This document shows positions 6,624-14,800 of a stretch of 42,821 nucleotides of DNA, one piece after another (positions within the stretch are counted from its first letter, which is position 1; each line of letters opens with the position of its first letter). Below the pieces are notes generated by a model that saw nothing but the letters and a program-made list of their open reading frames with translations, was not told the origin of the DNA and ran no database searches. Origin of the DNA: Candidatus Vogelbacteria bacterium RIFOXYB1_FULL_42_16 (lineage in GTDB: Bacteria; Patescibacteriota; Minisyncoccia; Phycocordibacterales; XYD1-FULL-46-19); NCBI GenBank assembly GCA_001823055.1, contig MHTH01000015.1, forward strand, positions 1 to 42,821. Reading direction: 5' to 3'. The position numbers and the translations under genes were made by a program.

Positions 6624-8198
6624 TTAAATCAACTCAAAATCGATCCAGCCACGATCGGGATTGACTTTTTTGATGCGGGCATGGACTTTGTCGCCGAGAC
6701 GGTATTGTTTTTTGTGACGGCGACCGATCAAGGCGAATTTTTTTGGTTTTAATTCGTAAAAATCATCGCCGAGATCACGAATACGGACTAGGCCCTCGCC
6801 ACCCGTGGCGCTGTCTTCCACAAAAATGCCGAACTCGGTGACACCAGCGATGACGCCATCTATTTCTTCGCCCACATGCTGGGCAAAATATTCGGCAATC
6901 TTGGTTTTCTTGGATTCGCGTTCGGCTTCGGCGGCCGAGCGTTCCATCAGCGAAGCATGAATAACTAGTTCGGCGCACTGTTGTAATTGCGCTTCAGTTG
7001 GTCTTTTGCCGGCTAAATACAAAGCAAGCAGGCGATGAACTAAGAGGTCGGGATAACGCCGAATGGGCGAAGTGAAGTGAGTATAGTGGGGAAAAGCCAA
7101 ACCATAGTGACCGATATTATCGAGAGAATAAATCGCTCGGCTCATGGATTGAATAGTGGCGCGGTTGATAATAGCTTCTTCGGGCTGACCAGAGGCGGAA
7201 GCCAGTAATTTTTTCAAAGCGGCGGTGCTGACTTTTTTATTTTTAATTTCCAGATCGTAACCGAGGGGTTTGAGAAAGAGTGCTAGGTCGCGCAATTTGT
7301 CTTGATCGGGCGCGTCGTGAATACGATAGACAAAATACCCCATTTTATTTTTGTTGTATTTGGAAGCAAATTCGGCTACGCGTCGATTAGCCAAGAGCAT
7401 CAAGTCTTCGACTAATTTGTGAGAACGAGTCAACTCGACGCGATAGATTTGTTGCGGTTGGCCGTGATCATCTAAAACAAATTCGGTTTCTCGATCGACA
7501 AAAGCCAGAGCGCCGGCAATTTGTTTTTGTTCGTCGAGTTTTTTGGTTAGACTATCGAGAATTTTTAATTCCACCAGATAATCACCTCGGCCGTGTTCGA
7601 AAATTTCGTCGACTTCTTCGTAAGTAAAACGACGATCAGATTTGATAACCGTGCGACCAAACCACTCGCTTTCGATTTCGGCTTCGGGCGTTAAAACAAA
7701 CACGGCAGAAAAAGCCAAACGTTCTTGCTGGGGCTGAAGACTACACAGATCGTTTGATAGAATTTCCGGCAACATCGGTACCACTCGATCGACATAATAA
7801 ACTGAAGTGGCGCGTTTACGGGCCTCTTTGTCGACGACTGAACCTTCCGGCAGATAGTAGCTAACATCAGCAATATGCACACCGACTTCATAACGATTGT
7901 TTGGCAATTGACGCAGAGAGATCGCGTCGTCAAAATCTTGAGCGCGTGGTGGATCGATCGTGAGGGTGGTGACATTACGAAAATCACGGCGTTGGCGGAT
8001 TTCTTGTTCCCAATTTTGGCGAGCTTTTTCGGCGATTTTTTGGCTTTCTAGTAAAACTTTTTCCGGAAAGGCTGGTTTAGGGAGAGGGGGCAAGGGAGTT
8101 TTAATGATCGGTTTATCGACTATGTTTGGCTTATTAAAAAACTTCTCTGGCTGTTTGTGGCCATAGTATGGTCTGGAGGCGGGATGGGATTTAGTCAT
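6624..8198 (-). CDS. rnr: RNase II/R family 3'-5' exoribonuclease (short form: RNB domain + C-terminal S1)
   Basis: RNB motifs are DPPRAQDFDDAISL, VHIADVSYY, YVDRVVPMLP and HYGLAFPHYTHFTSPIRRYPDLLVHR. The C-terminal S1-like stretch is GVIAGVTEFGIFVE. Confidence 0.85.
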   Translation of the reverse strand: MTKSHPASRPYYGHKQPEKFFNKPNIVDKPIIKTPLPPLPKPAFPEKVLLESQKIAEKARQNWEQEIRQRRDFRNVTTLTIDPPRAQDFDDAISLRQLPNNRYEVGVHIADVSYYLPEGSVVDKEARKRATSVYYVDRVVPMLPEILSNDLCSLQPQQERLAFSAVFVLTPEAEIESEWFGRTVIKSDRRFTYEEVDEIFEHGRGDYLVELKILDSLTKKLDEQKQIAGALAFVDRETEFVLDDHGQPQQIYRVELTRSHKLVEDLMLLANRRVAEFASKYNKNKMGYFVYRIHDAPDQDKLRDLALFLKPLGYDLEIKNKKVSTAALKKLLASASGQPEEAIINRATIQSMSRAIYSLDNIGHYGLAFPHYTHFTSPIRRYPDLLVHRLLALYLAGKRPTEAQLQQCAELVIHASLMERSAAEAERESKKTKIAEYFAQHVGEEIDGVIAGVTEFGIFVEDSATGGEGLVRIRDLGDDFYELKPKKFALIGRRHKKQYRLGDKVHARIKKVNPDRGWIDFELI

Positions 8199-8260
8199 AA
8201 TTGTCGGTCAGTATAACAGTAATTTGACCTTTTGTCCTTTTTTTGTTAGGATTGCCCAGT

Positions 8261-8833
8261 ATGTTAATCATTCGTCTCCAGAGAGTCGGCCGAAAAAATG
8301 ACCCCGCTTTTCGCGTGGTTGTTACCCAATCGGAAAATGCGGCCAAGAGTGGCAAATTCTTAGAAATTCTCGGTTCTTACAATCCTCGCAAAACAGCCAG
8401 CAAAATTATCTTGAATGTCGAGCGGATCCAATATTGGATTTCCAAAGGGGCCAAAACTTCTGATACCGTCAATAATATCTTGGTCTCCAAGAAAATCATT
8501 GAGGGCAAAAAGATTAATGTGTCTTCCAAAAAATTAGGTAAAAAACTAAAAACGATGGTCGAGGCCAAGGCGTCAGCTGAAGCCAAGAAAAAAGCGGACG
8601 AAGCCAAAGCGGAGGCTGAAGCAGAAGCGGAAAAGGCTAAAGCCGAACCTACCTCCACTGAAAGTTCTGACGAGACAAAGTCTGCCTCTGTCGAAGACTC
8701 CGGTGAGACACAGGAAGCTCCAGTTGAAGTTGCCCCAGAGTCTGTTATTGAAGAACCGGTGGTCACCGAAGAAACGCCTATTGTTGAAACTCCTACTGAA
8801 ACTGTCACTGAAGAAGTAGCCGAGACGGTTTAA
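8261..8833 (+). CDS. rpsP: 30S ribosomal protein S16 with long K/A/E- and acidic-rich C-terminal extension
   Basis: MLIIRLQRVGRKNDPAFRVVV...LGSYNPR is the canonical S16 N-terminus. The ATG at 8261 is preferred over the upstream TTG. Confidence 0.9.
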   Translation: MLIIRLQRVGRKNDPAFRVVVTQSENAAKSGKFLEILGSYNPRKTASKIILNVERIQYWISKGAKTSDTVNNILVSKKIIEGKKINVSSKKLGKKLKTMVEAKASAEAKKKADEAKAEAEAEAEKAKAEPTSTESSDETKSASVEDSGETQEAPVEVAPESVIEEPVVTEETPIVETPTETVTEEVAETV

Positions 8834-8871
8834 ATCTAAAAAAGCTTGTCGGCTTAACGAGTTCTATATAA

Positions 8872-8904
8872 AAAATGTGCAACACTTTGTGTTGCACATT
8901 TTAG
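8872..8904 (+). terminator. rho-independent terminator
   Basis: atgtgcaacac-ttt-gtgttgcacat is followed by ttt. Confidence 0.55.
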
Positions 8905-8914
8905 GTTTCTGAGT

Positions 8915-8943
8915 TTGCTTCAAATTTCCGGCTAAACTATAAT
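8915..8943 (+). promoter_or_regulatory. promoter (TTGCTT-17-TATAAT), leaderless configuration
   Basis: The -10 element at 8938-8943 lies 8 nt before the ATG at 8952. No SD is present. Confidence 0.45.
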
Positions 8944-8951
8944 TGATTCTA

Positions 8952-10016
8952 ATGTTTACTGTTAAAAGTGATTTGGCTTGGGTTGGTCTAGTGATGGCTG
9001 GGCTTTTTCTTTTGTGGCTAGTGACTGGTGGTCCAACGCGAATTCAAAATGGGCCATTTATTAAACCCTTAACACCGGTGGGGACAGGCGAAAGTTACGG
9101 TCGTCTGCCCGGTTTTTCTGGTTTGATTCCAAAAGTTAGCACTACTTCCACCAGAACTTCTTTCATCAGTCGACCAACGGTTTCTTCCGGTTCGAATCGA
9201 CCATCAACCGCAATCAAAGCCGATGAAATTGAAACCAGTCGTTATCACGGTTTGGTGACTATTAATCGGGGCAATTCGTCATCAGAAAAAAACTCTTCCC
9301 GTGAATATATTACTTTGCAAGGTTCTTCCCAGATTAAAGAGTCGATCAATATTTCCAGTTGGACTTTACGTAACGGTAGTAGTGAACGATATTATAATAT
9401 CTCAGGACAAACAGTGCAGGGGCAATCAGCTTTGGTAAAAATTCCCCGTGCCGTTTTAGTCTGGCAAAAAAACCAGCCGATGACAGTCGTACCGGTCAAA
9501 ATCGGTGCCGGTTACAAAGTGCAGGTGATTTCCGGTTCTTTTCCGCCGGTTGGCGCCTACCAGATTCGTGACAGTTTTCGCGTTAATAAATGTATGGGTT
9601 ATATTGCCAATCAGGCTGGTTATAATAGTAGGATTTTCTATCCCTCGATGAGTGGTCGTTGTCCACGTCCGGCTGATGAGCCGGGTGTCAGCACTCTCTA
9701 CAACGAATGCTATGACTACGTGCGTTCGTTGAACACTTGTCACACACCGGATTTTCGTGAAGATTGGTGCCGAGCCCATGCCGAAGATCAGGCCCGCAAT
9801 GTCGCGGTTTGCAAATTGCCGACTTCTTGCAAGGATTTTGTTCGGGCCCGTTACAACTATGAAGCTTGTTTAGCTCTCCATCGTCAAGATGAAGATTTTT
9901 TGTTGCCGGAATGGCGAGTCTATCTCGGTTCGATTTGGGAATTGTGGGCTGATCGACGCGAATCGATCACTCTCTATGATCAATTTGGTGAAATTGTTGA
10001 TCAGGTCAAATACTAG
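8952..10016 (+). CDS. secreted/membrane-anchored protein with lamin-tail-like (LTD) segment and Cys-rich C-terminal domain
   Basis: There is an N-terminal TM/signal. REYITLQGSSQIKESINISSWTLRNG resembles the LTD signature. The C-terminal roughly 120 aa holds 10+ Cys. Confidence 0.6.
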   Translation: MFTVKSDLAWVGLVMAGLFLLWLVTGGPTRIQNGPFIKPLTPVGTGESYGRLPGFSGLIPKVSTTSTRTSFISRPTVSSGSNRPSTAIKADEIETSRYHGLVTINRGNSSSEKNSSREYITLQGSSQIKESINISSWTLRNGSSERYYNISGQTVQGQSALVKIPRAVLVWQKNQPMTVVPVKIGAGYKVQVISGSFPPVGAYQIRDSFRVNKCMGYIANQAGYNSRIFYPSMSGRCPRPADEPGVSTLYNECYDYVRSLNTCHTPDFREDWCRAHAEDQARNVAVCKLPTSCKDFVRARYNYEACLALHRQDEDFLLPEWRVYLGSIWELWADRRESITLYDQFGEIVDQVKY

Positions 10017-10043
10017 ATTTAGGTATTAAATTAATTAGAAAAT

Positions 10044-11333
10044 ATGTTTGGTAAAATTTTTAACACTACGGTTTTTAGAAAAAAATCAGTGGTGATTTTT
10101 GGTTTGGGGTTGGTTTTGCTGGGGTGGCCGATTTTGACTTTGGCAACAGTAGAAAAAATTGTTTTTACTACTAATCCGCAAACTGTCAGTCCCGGTCAAA
10201 TGTCCAGCGAAATCACTATTCAGGCACAAAATAATGAGGGGGTGAGTGAAAAGGTTACCGAAACCATGGATTTGGTTTTTACTTCCAGCTCGGCGACCGG
10301 TGAATTTTTAAATAGTACCGGTGATCCTGTGCAAAAGTATATGAGTAAAAATTCAACTAATAGAAATTTCTATTTTAGAGATTCGGTACTAGGTGAGCAG
10401 ACGATTACTGTTACAGCGACTGGTCGCGATAGCGGTCAAACCTTTTTGGCTAGTCAAAAAATAATTATCGGTGAGACGGTCAACGAAGAAAGCAAAGCCA
10501 CTTCCACTGATGATTCTTCATCGACCACTCCGACCACTTCAAATTCCGGCGGAGGTTTGGGCAGTGTCTCGGCTCATTCCGCTCAGACCGACTTGAGCGA
10601 CAGCGAAGAGTCAATGCCAGCGATTGGGGCTGGTCGCAAACGGTTGGCCAGTACTGGCGCGCCGATGGCTTTTCGAGTCGAAAAAAGTAAAAGTGCGCAA
10701 AACAGTGCCGGTCGTTTTGTCTGGTCTTTTGGCGATGGGTCCTCGGCCGAAGGCGAGAAAATAGAACACACTTATCAATTTGCTGGTGAATACAATGTCG
10801 TCGTCAATGGTTATTTTGGCGCCAACCAGTCGGTGGCGCGCACCAAAGTTATCGTCGAGGATGCTAAGGTGACGATTTCTGAAGTTAATCTGTCGTTAGG
10901 TTTCGTCGCCTTGCAAAATGATAACAAAAAAGAGATTAATTTAGGTGGTTGGAATTTGAAAGGAAGTGTTGATTATGTTTTGCCGGCCGATACGATTATT
11001 GATGCCGGAAAAAATATTAAAATTCCTCTAAATTTAATTGCTGGCACTAGCACCGTTTCGGGTTTGGTTTTATCGACACCCGACGATCGTCTGGTCGATA
11101 GTTGGGGAGTGGCTGTCGGTTTAAATGGTGATATTACGGTGGAGGAAGTAGAAAATAAATTAGCTATTTTAAAATCACAATTGGCACTGTTGCGAGTTTC
11201 GTCTGGACAAAATTTGGCACCACAATTTTTAGCGGAAAATATTGCCCCTGACCATCAAACTACAACGGCCGATCGAATTATCCTCAAATCAAAATTGTCT
11301 TGGTGGCAAAAATTGATTAAAATAGGCCGATGA
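10044..11333 (+). CDS. secreted protein with PKD-like and lamin-tail-like domains
   Basis: There is an N-terminal TM/signal. FVWSFGDGSSAEGEKIEHTYQFAGEYNVVVNGY matches the PKD motif. GFVALQNDNKKEINLGGWNLKG is LTD-like. Confidence 0.7.
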   Translation: MFGKIFNTTVFRKKSVVIFGLGLVLLGWPILTLATVEKIVFTTNPQTVSPGQMSSEITIQAQNNEGVSEKVTETMDLVFTSSSATGEFLNSTGDPVQKYMSKNSTNRNFYFRDSVLGEQTITVTATGRDSGQTFLASQKIIIGETVNEESKATSTDDSSSTTPTTSNSGGGLGSVSAHSAQTDLSDSEESMPAIGAGRKRLASTGAPMAFRVEKSKSAQNSAGRFVWSFGDGSSAEGEKIEHTYQFAGEYNVVVNGYFGANQSVARTKVIVEDAKVTISEVNLSLGFVALQNDNKKEINLGGWNLKGSVDYVLPADTIIDAGKNIKIPLNLIAGTSTVSGLVLSTPDDRLVDSWGVAVGLNGDITVEEVENKLAILKSQLALLRVSSGQNLAPQFLAENIAPDHQTTTADRIILKSKLSWWQKLIKIGR

Positions 11334-11482
11334 ACGACTCTTGTCTCAATCGCAATTTTTGGCTGATGACCGGCATCTTTATTTTGATTGTTCTGCTGGC
11401 TTTAGTTTGTCTTTATTTCATCATCCAACGCGCCGATTTCCCCGGGGTAGTTTTGTCTAGACTTTTGGTAGGCTTTGTGTAA
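11330..11482 (+). CDS. small membrane protein (50 aa), translationally coupled (ATGA overlap)
   Basis: The ATG overlaps the upstream TGA stop (gATGAac). The product is MNDSCLNRNFWLMTGIFILIVLLALVCLYFIIQR..., with one clear TM helix. It falls below the ORF-track length cutoff. Confidence 0.35.
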   Translation: MNDSCLNRNFWLMTGIFILIVLLALVCLYFIIQRADFPGVVLSRLLVGFV

Positions 11483-11672
11483 TAATAGTCATTGAGCCGG
11501 AGACGATAGGTAGCCCACCAAGTGGCAGAAATCCTATCTAGGGTCGATACTCTAACGGCTTTTAGTCGTTATTTTTTGTTTCTGGCAATTACCTAGCAGA
11601 GTGTCAGAGACAAACCACACTCGGTAATGGTTCGCAAAAATCGAATGTGGGTTAAGAACAATTATAAATAAA

Positions 11673-12170
11673 ATGGCTATTTCTAAACAAAAAAAGGAGG
11701 AAATCGTCGCGAAAGTGAAAGAGGCCGCAACCAAAGCCAAAACTTTGGTCTTTGTGAATTTTCACGGGTTGCCAGTGGCGACTGCGACCGAAATGCGCAA
11801 GTCTTTGCGCGAACGAGGGATTGGTTATGTGGTGGCGAAGAAAACTTTGATTCGTCGAGCTTTGGCCAATCTGTCTTATGGTGGAGAAATGCCGGAATTG
11901 CCTGGTGAAATTGCTTTGGCTTATGCCGAAGATCAATTAGCGCCGATTCAGGAGGTCTACGCCTATCAAAAGAAAAATTCCGATGCCTTAAAAATGGTGG
12001 GTGGAGTGTTCGAGGGTAATTATGTCGATGCTGCCTATGTTTCGCTTTTGGCGACGATTCCATCACGAGAAGTTTTGTTGGGCCAGTTTGTGAATATTAT
12101 CAATTCACCGATTGCTGGTCTGGTGATGTCGTTAGACCAAATAAGACAGAAGAAAGAGCAATCAGCCTAA
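11673..12170 (+). CDS. rplJ: 50S ribosomal protein L10
   Basis: The size and sequence are typical of L10 (KEEIV..VKE....A...VFV.F.GL.VA....MR..LRE.G....V.KKTL). It lies immediately upstream of rplL. Confidence 0.9.
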   Translation: MAISKQKKEEIVAKVKEAATKAKTLVFVNFHGLPVATATEMRKSLRERGIGYVVAKKTLIRRALANLSYGGEMPELPGEIALAYAEDQLAPIQEVYAYQKKNSDALKMVGGVFEGNYVDAAYVSLLATIPSREVLLGQFVNIINSPIAGLVMSLDQIRQKKEQSA

Positions 12171-12204
12171 AGTTGAAAATTAAAAGTTATTAAAATTAAT
12201 CATT

Positions 12205-12639
12205 ATGGAAGAAAACAAAGTTGTAGACCCGCAATCATCTGCTGGTGCAGATGAAGGGGTAAAAGTTCCTGCCAAATTCAAAGCTTTGGTTGACCAGATT
12301 GAGTCAATGAGTGTTTTGGAATTGCATGAATTGGTTAAATTACTCGAAGAGAAGTTTGGTGTTTCGGCTCAGGCCGTAGTGGTAGCGGGTGGGGCCGGCG
12401 CTGGTGCTGGTGAGGTGGCCGAAGAAAAAGATTCTTTCACGGCGATTATTACCTCGGCCGGTGAACAAAAAGTGCAAGTGATCAAAGCGATCAAAGAAGC
12501 TTTGGGTCTCGGTTTGAAAGAGGCTAAAGATTTGACCGATGCCGCTCCGGCGACTTTGAAGGAGGGCTTGAAGAAAGATGAAGCCGAAGCTTTGAAAAAA
12601 GCAATCGAAGATGCTGGTGGAAAGGTTGAGTTAAAATAA
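12205..12639 (+). CDS. rplL: 50S ribosomal protein L7/L12
   Basis: It contains [28 protein letters not shown], a Gly/Ala hinge, and a C-terminal domain [19 protein letters not shown]...[27 protein letters not shown]. Confidence 0.93.
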   Translation: MEENKVVDPQSSAGADEGVKVPAKFKALVDQIESMSVLELHELVKLLEEKFGVSAQAVVVAGGAGAGAGEVAEEKDSFTAIITSAGEQKVQVIKAIKEALGLGLKEAKDLTDAAPATLKEGLKKDEAEALKKAIEDAGGKVELK

Positions 12640-12640
12640 T

Positions 12641-12670
12641 AAAAAAGCCCCATTCGGGGCTTTTTTATTA
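12641..12670 (+). terminator. rho-independent terminator
   Basis: aaaaaagcccc-attc-ggggctttttt forms a perfect stem with a T-tract. Confidence 0.85.
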
Positions 12671-12680
12671 TTTTAACGAA

Positions 12681-12770
12681 ATCCCGCCCTATTTCGGCCT
12701 TGGGCGAGTGCGAATAGCACATCCTGTTTTGGGCGAAGACCAAGGCCTGTTTTAGAAATAGGGCTGGGAT
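12681..12770. other. 90-nt extended stem-loop (candidate small RNA or REP-like element)
   Basis: atcccgccctatttc (12681-12695) pairs with gaaatagggctgggat (12755-12770, one bulge). ggccttgg (12696-12703) pairs with ccaaggcc (12740-12747). The apical hairpin is gtgc-gaata-gcac. Confidence 0.35.
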
Positions 12771-12790
12771 TGAGCTCAATTAATCGAGCG

Positions 12791-12819
12791 TTGACCCCGC
12801 TAGGGCAAATTGCTATGAT
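12791..12819 (+). promoter_or_regulatory. promoter TTGACC-17-TGcTATGAT (extended -10), leaderless configuration
   Basis: The -10 element ends 8 nt before the ATG at 12828. No SD is present. Confidence 0.55.
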
Positions 12820-12827
12820 TTAGCCAC

Positions 12828-13418
12828 ATGGAAATTTTGAGCAAACTTTTTGGATCTAATGGCAAGGTAAAAATTATTCGCCTCTTTCTCTATAATCCGG
12901 AAAAAGTCTTTTCTCTCGAGGAGGTGGCCAAAAAAGCCAAAGTGGGAAAAGCGGAAGTTCGACGGGAAATAAATATCTTGGTGGCCGGCCGGTTTCTAAA
13001 AGAAAGAAGGGCTTGGACTAAACGAGGAAAAGTTTCTTCCCGAAAAAATCATATTCTATCTGAAGATTATCCCTATCTTGAAGCTCTGCGCTTGCTTTTC
13101 AACTCTGATTTTTTCAGCAATCGCCGTCTAATTGCTAATCGTTTTAAAAAATGCGGTCGTCTGAAGTTGTTGGTGATTTCCGGCGCTTTTGTTCAAAGAT
13201 TGGATGGACCGGCCGATATTGTTATTGTCGGTGATGATCTAAAGCGACCGGTGGTGGATAATGTGGTAAAAAATATCGAAGCGGAAACCGGTCGGGAATT
13301 GACCTATGCTGTCTTTGATACCAGCGATTGGCTTTATCGTTTTCATTCCAGTGATCGTTTTGTTCGTGACTTGTTGGAATTTGATCATGAATATCTGGTC
13401 AATAAGATCGGTTTTTAA
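12828..13418 (+). CDS. hypothetical protein with N-terminal winged-helix-like segment
   Basis: It is a clean 196-aa ORF. The N-terminus FSLEEVAKKAKVGKAEVRREINILVAGRFL looks like wHTH. I recognise no confident family. Confidence 0.6.
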   Translation: MEILSKLFGSNGKVKIIRLFLYNPEKVFSLEEVAKKAKVGKAEVRREINILVAGRFLKERRAWTKRGKVSSRKNHILSEDYPYLEALRLLFNSDFFSNRRLIANRFKKCGRLKLLVISGAFVQRLDGPADIVIVGDDLKRPVVDNVVKNIEAETGRELTYAVFDTSDWLYRFHSSDRFVRDLLEFDHEYLVNKIGF

Positions 13419-13558
13419 TATCCACAGATTGGCGCTAGACTCTACCCAAAATTCTCAAGAAGTGGTATCATCTTAGCAAGGGGTAATATTAAGTGGTCGA
13501 AAGCCAAAAAGACCCATTTATTAAAAGCTTTTAAAAGTTTATTTATTAACTAAAATAT

Positions 13559-14245
13559 ATGTTATTGCAAACTTGGAGTCAGGTTCTCACTGCTTCTTTT
13601 CAAGGATTGTGGTTGGGATTGATAAAGTTTTTACCCAATATCTTGATTTCAGTAGTCCTCTTTGTTATCGGTTGGGTATTTGGAGAGACCGTTGGTCACT
13701 GGGTGGCCAAATTGGTCAATGCTCTCAAAATTGATCGAGTGCTGGAAAGCATTGGTCTGCGGGAGTTGATGGAGAAAGCTGGTTATCGCTTGAATTCCGG
13801 TAAATTTATCGGTTTCTTAATCAAGTGGTTTGTGATCGTTGCTTTCTTGATGGCAGCTTTGGAAGTGCTTGGTCTCAATCAGATCAATATCTTCTTGCAG
13901 ACGGTGGTTTTGTCCTACATCCTAAATGTCGTCGTTTCGATCTTGATTTTTATGGTTGGTGCGGTTTTGGCTGGCGCCTTGCAGAGAATCGTTGAAGCTT
14001 CGGCAAAAGCGGCCGATATTAAAGCGGCGGCGGCTTTTGGTGTCATTACCAAATGGGCGGTGATTATTTTCACTTTCGTTGTCGTCATTGGTCAATTGGG
14101 CATCAAAGATAATTACTTCCAGATTCTCTTTACTGGGGTAGTGGCGGCGATGGCGATTGCGGTTGGTTTGGCTTTTGGTTTGGGTGGCAAAGATGCCGCT
14201 GGCCGTTTGGTCAACAAACTGGAAGACGAAATGAAGAGCCGTTAA
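13559..14245 (+). CDS. integral membrane protein with repeated conserved TM-helix units (mechanosensitive-channel-like N-terminal type)
   Basis: There are about 6 TM segments. Repeated ...IG/ VIGQLGI... units resemble the 'conserved TM helix' repeat family. Confidence 0.65.
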   Translation: MLLQTWSQVLTASFQGLWLGLIKFLPNILISVVLFVIGWVFGETVGHWVAKLVNALKIDRVLESIGLRELMEKAGYRLNSGKFIGFLIKWFVIVAFLMAALEVLGLNQINIFLQTVVLSYILNVVVSILIFMVGAVLAGALQRIVEASAKAADIKAAAAFGVITKWAVIIFTFVVVIGQLGIKDNYFQILFTGVVAAMAIAVGLAFGLGGKDAAGRLVNKLEDEMKSR

Positions 14246-14267
14246 AATACTTTTTGTTTTGTTTTTT

Positions 14268-14309
14268 CACCGGCCGATGGCGTTTGCCATCGGCCGGTGA
14301 ATTGTTTTT
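14268..14309 (+). terminator. rho-independent terminator
   Basis: caccggccgatggc-gttt-gccatcggccggtg forms a perfect 14-bp stem, followed by aattgttttt. Confidence 0.8.
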
Positions 14310-14328
14310 GGGAATCCACTTTTTCTTT

Positions 14329-14357
14329 TTGACAGCGGGCTTCGATTTGGGTAAGAT
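14329..14357 (+). promoter_or_regulatory. promoter TTGACA-17-TAAGAT
   Basis: ttgaca is at 14329-14334 and taagat at 14352-14357. It lies upstream of the KH-protein gene. Confidence 0.5.
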
Positions 14358-14405
14358 ACTCGAAAGTCAAGGTCGACTGTCTTTAGTAGTTTGTATGTTA
14401 TTACC

Positions 14406-14735
14406 ATGTCTGACAAGCAAATGGACCAGGAATTTCTGGAATCTGTTGTGAAGGCTTTGGTGGATAATCCGCAGGATGTCAAAGTTGATCGTAAGGTCGA
14501 CGAAATGGGAGTGTTGATCACTCTCGATGTCAATCCTGCCGATATGGGCAAAATTATCGGTCGTCAGGGCAATACTGCCAAGGCGATCCGCACCTTGCTC
14601 CGCGTCGTGGGTATGAAGAATAATGCCCGGGTTAACCTGAAGATCAATGAACCGGAGGGTGGGATGCGACAGCCGTCGTCATCCAACAGCGCTTCGGCCA
14701 GCGTTGACCAAGCCATGGCTGACTTAAAGTTTTAG
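14406..14735 (+). CDS. KH-domain RNA-binding protein (YlqC/UPF0109-like)
   Basis: It contains LVDNPQDVKV....DEMGVLITLDVNPADMGKIIGRQGNTAKAIRTLLRVV (GxxG KH motif). Its position next to trmD is classic. Confidence 0.8.
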   Translation: MSDKQMDQEFLESVVKALVDNPQDVKVDRKVDEMGVLITLDVNPADMGKIIGRQGNTAKAIRTLLRVVGMKNNARVNLKINEPEGGMRQPSSSNSASASVDQAMADLKF

Positions 14736-14744
14736 TTTGAAAAG

Positions 14745-14780
14745 AAATGCCACACCTTGCGAGGTGTGGCATTTTGTGTT
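14745..14780 (+). terminator. rho-independent terminator
   Basis: aaatgccacacc-ttgcga-ggtgtggcattt is followed by tgtgtt. Confidence 0.7.
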
Positions 14781-14800
14781 ATATTTAAGAAGTTAAATTT

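Noticed and set aside
8243-8260. TTG-initiated 6-codon extension of rpsP
   Set aside because: The universal S16 N-terminus (M-x-I-R-L-x-R) starts at the ATG at 8261.
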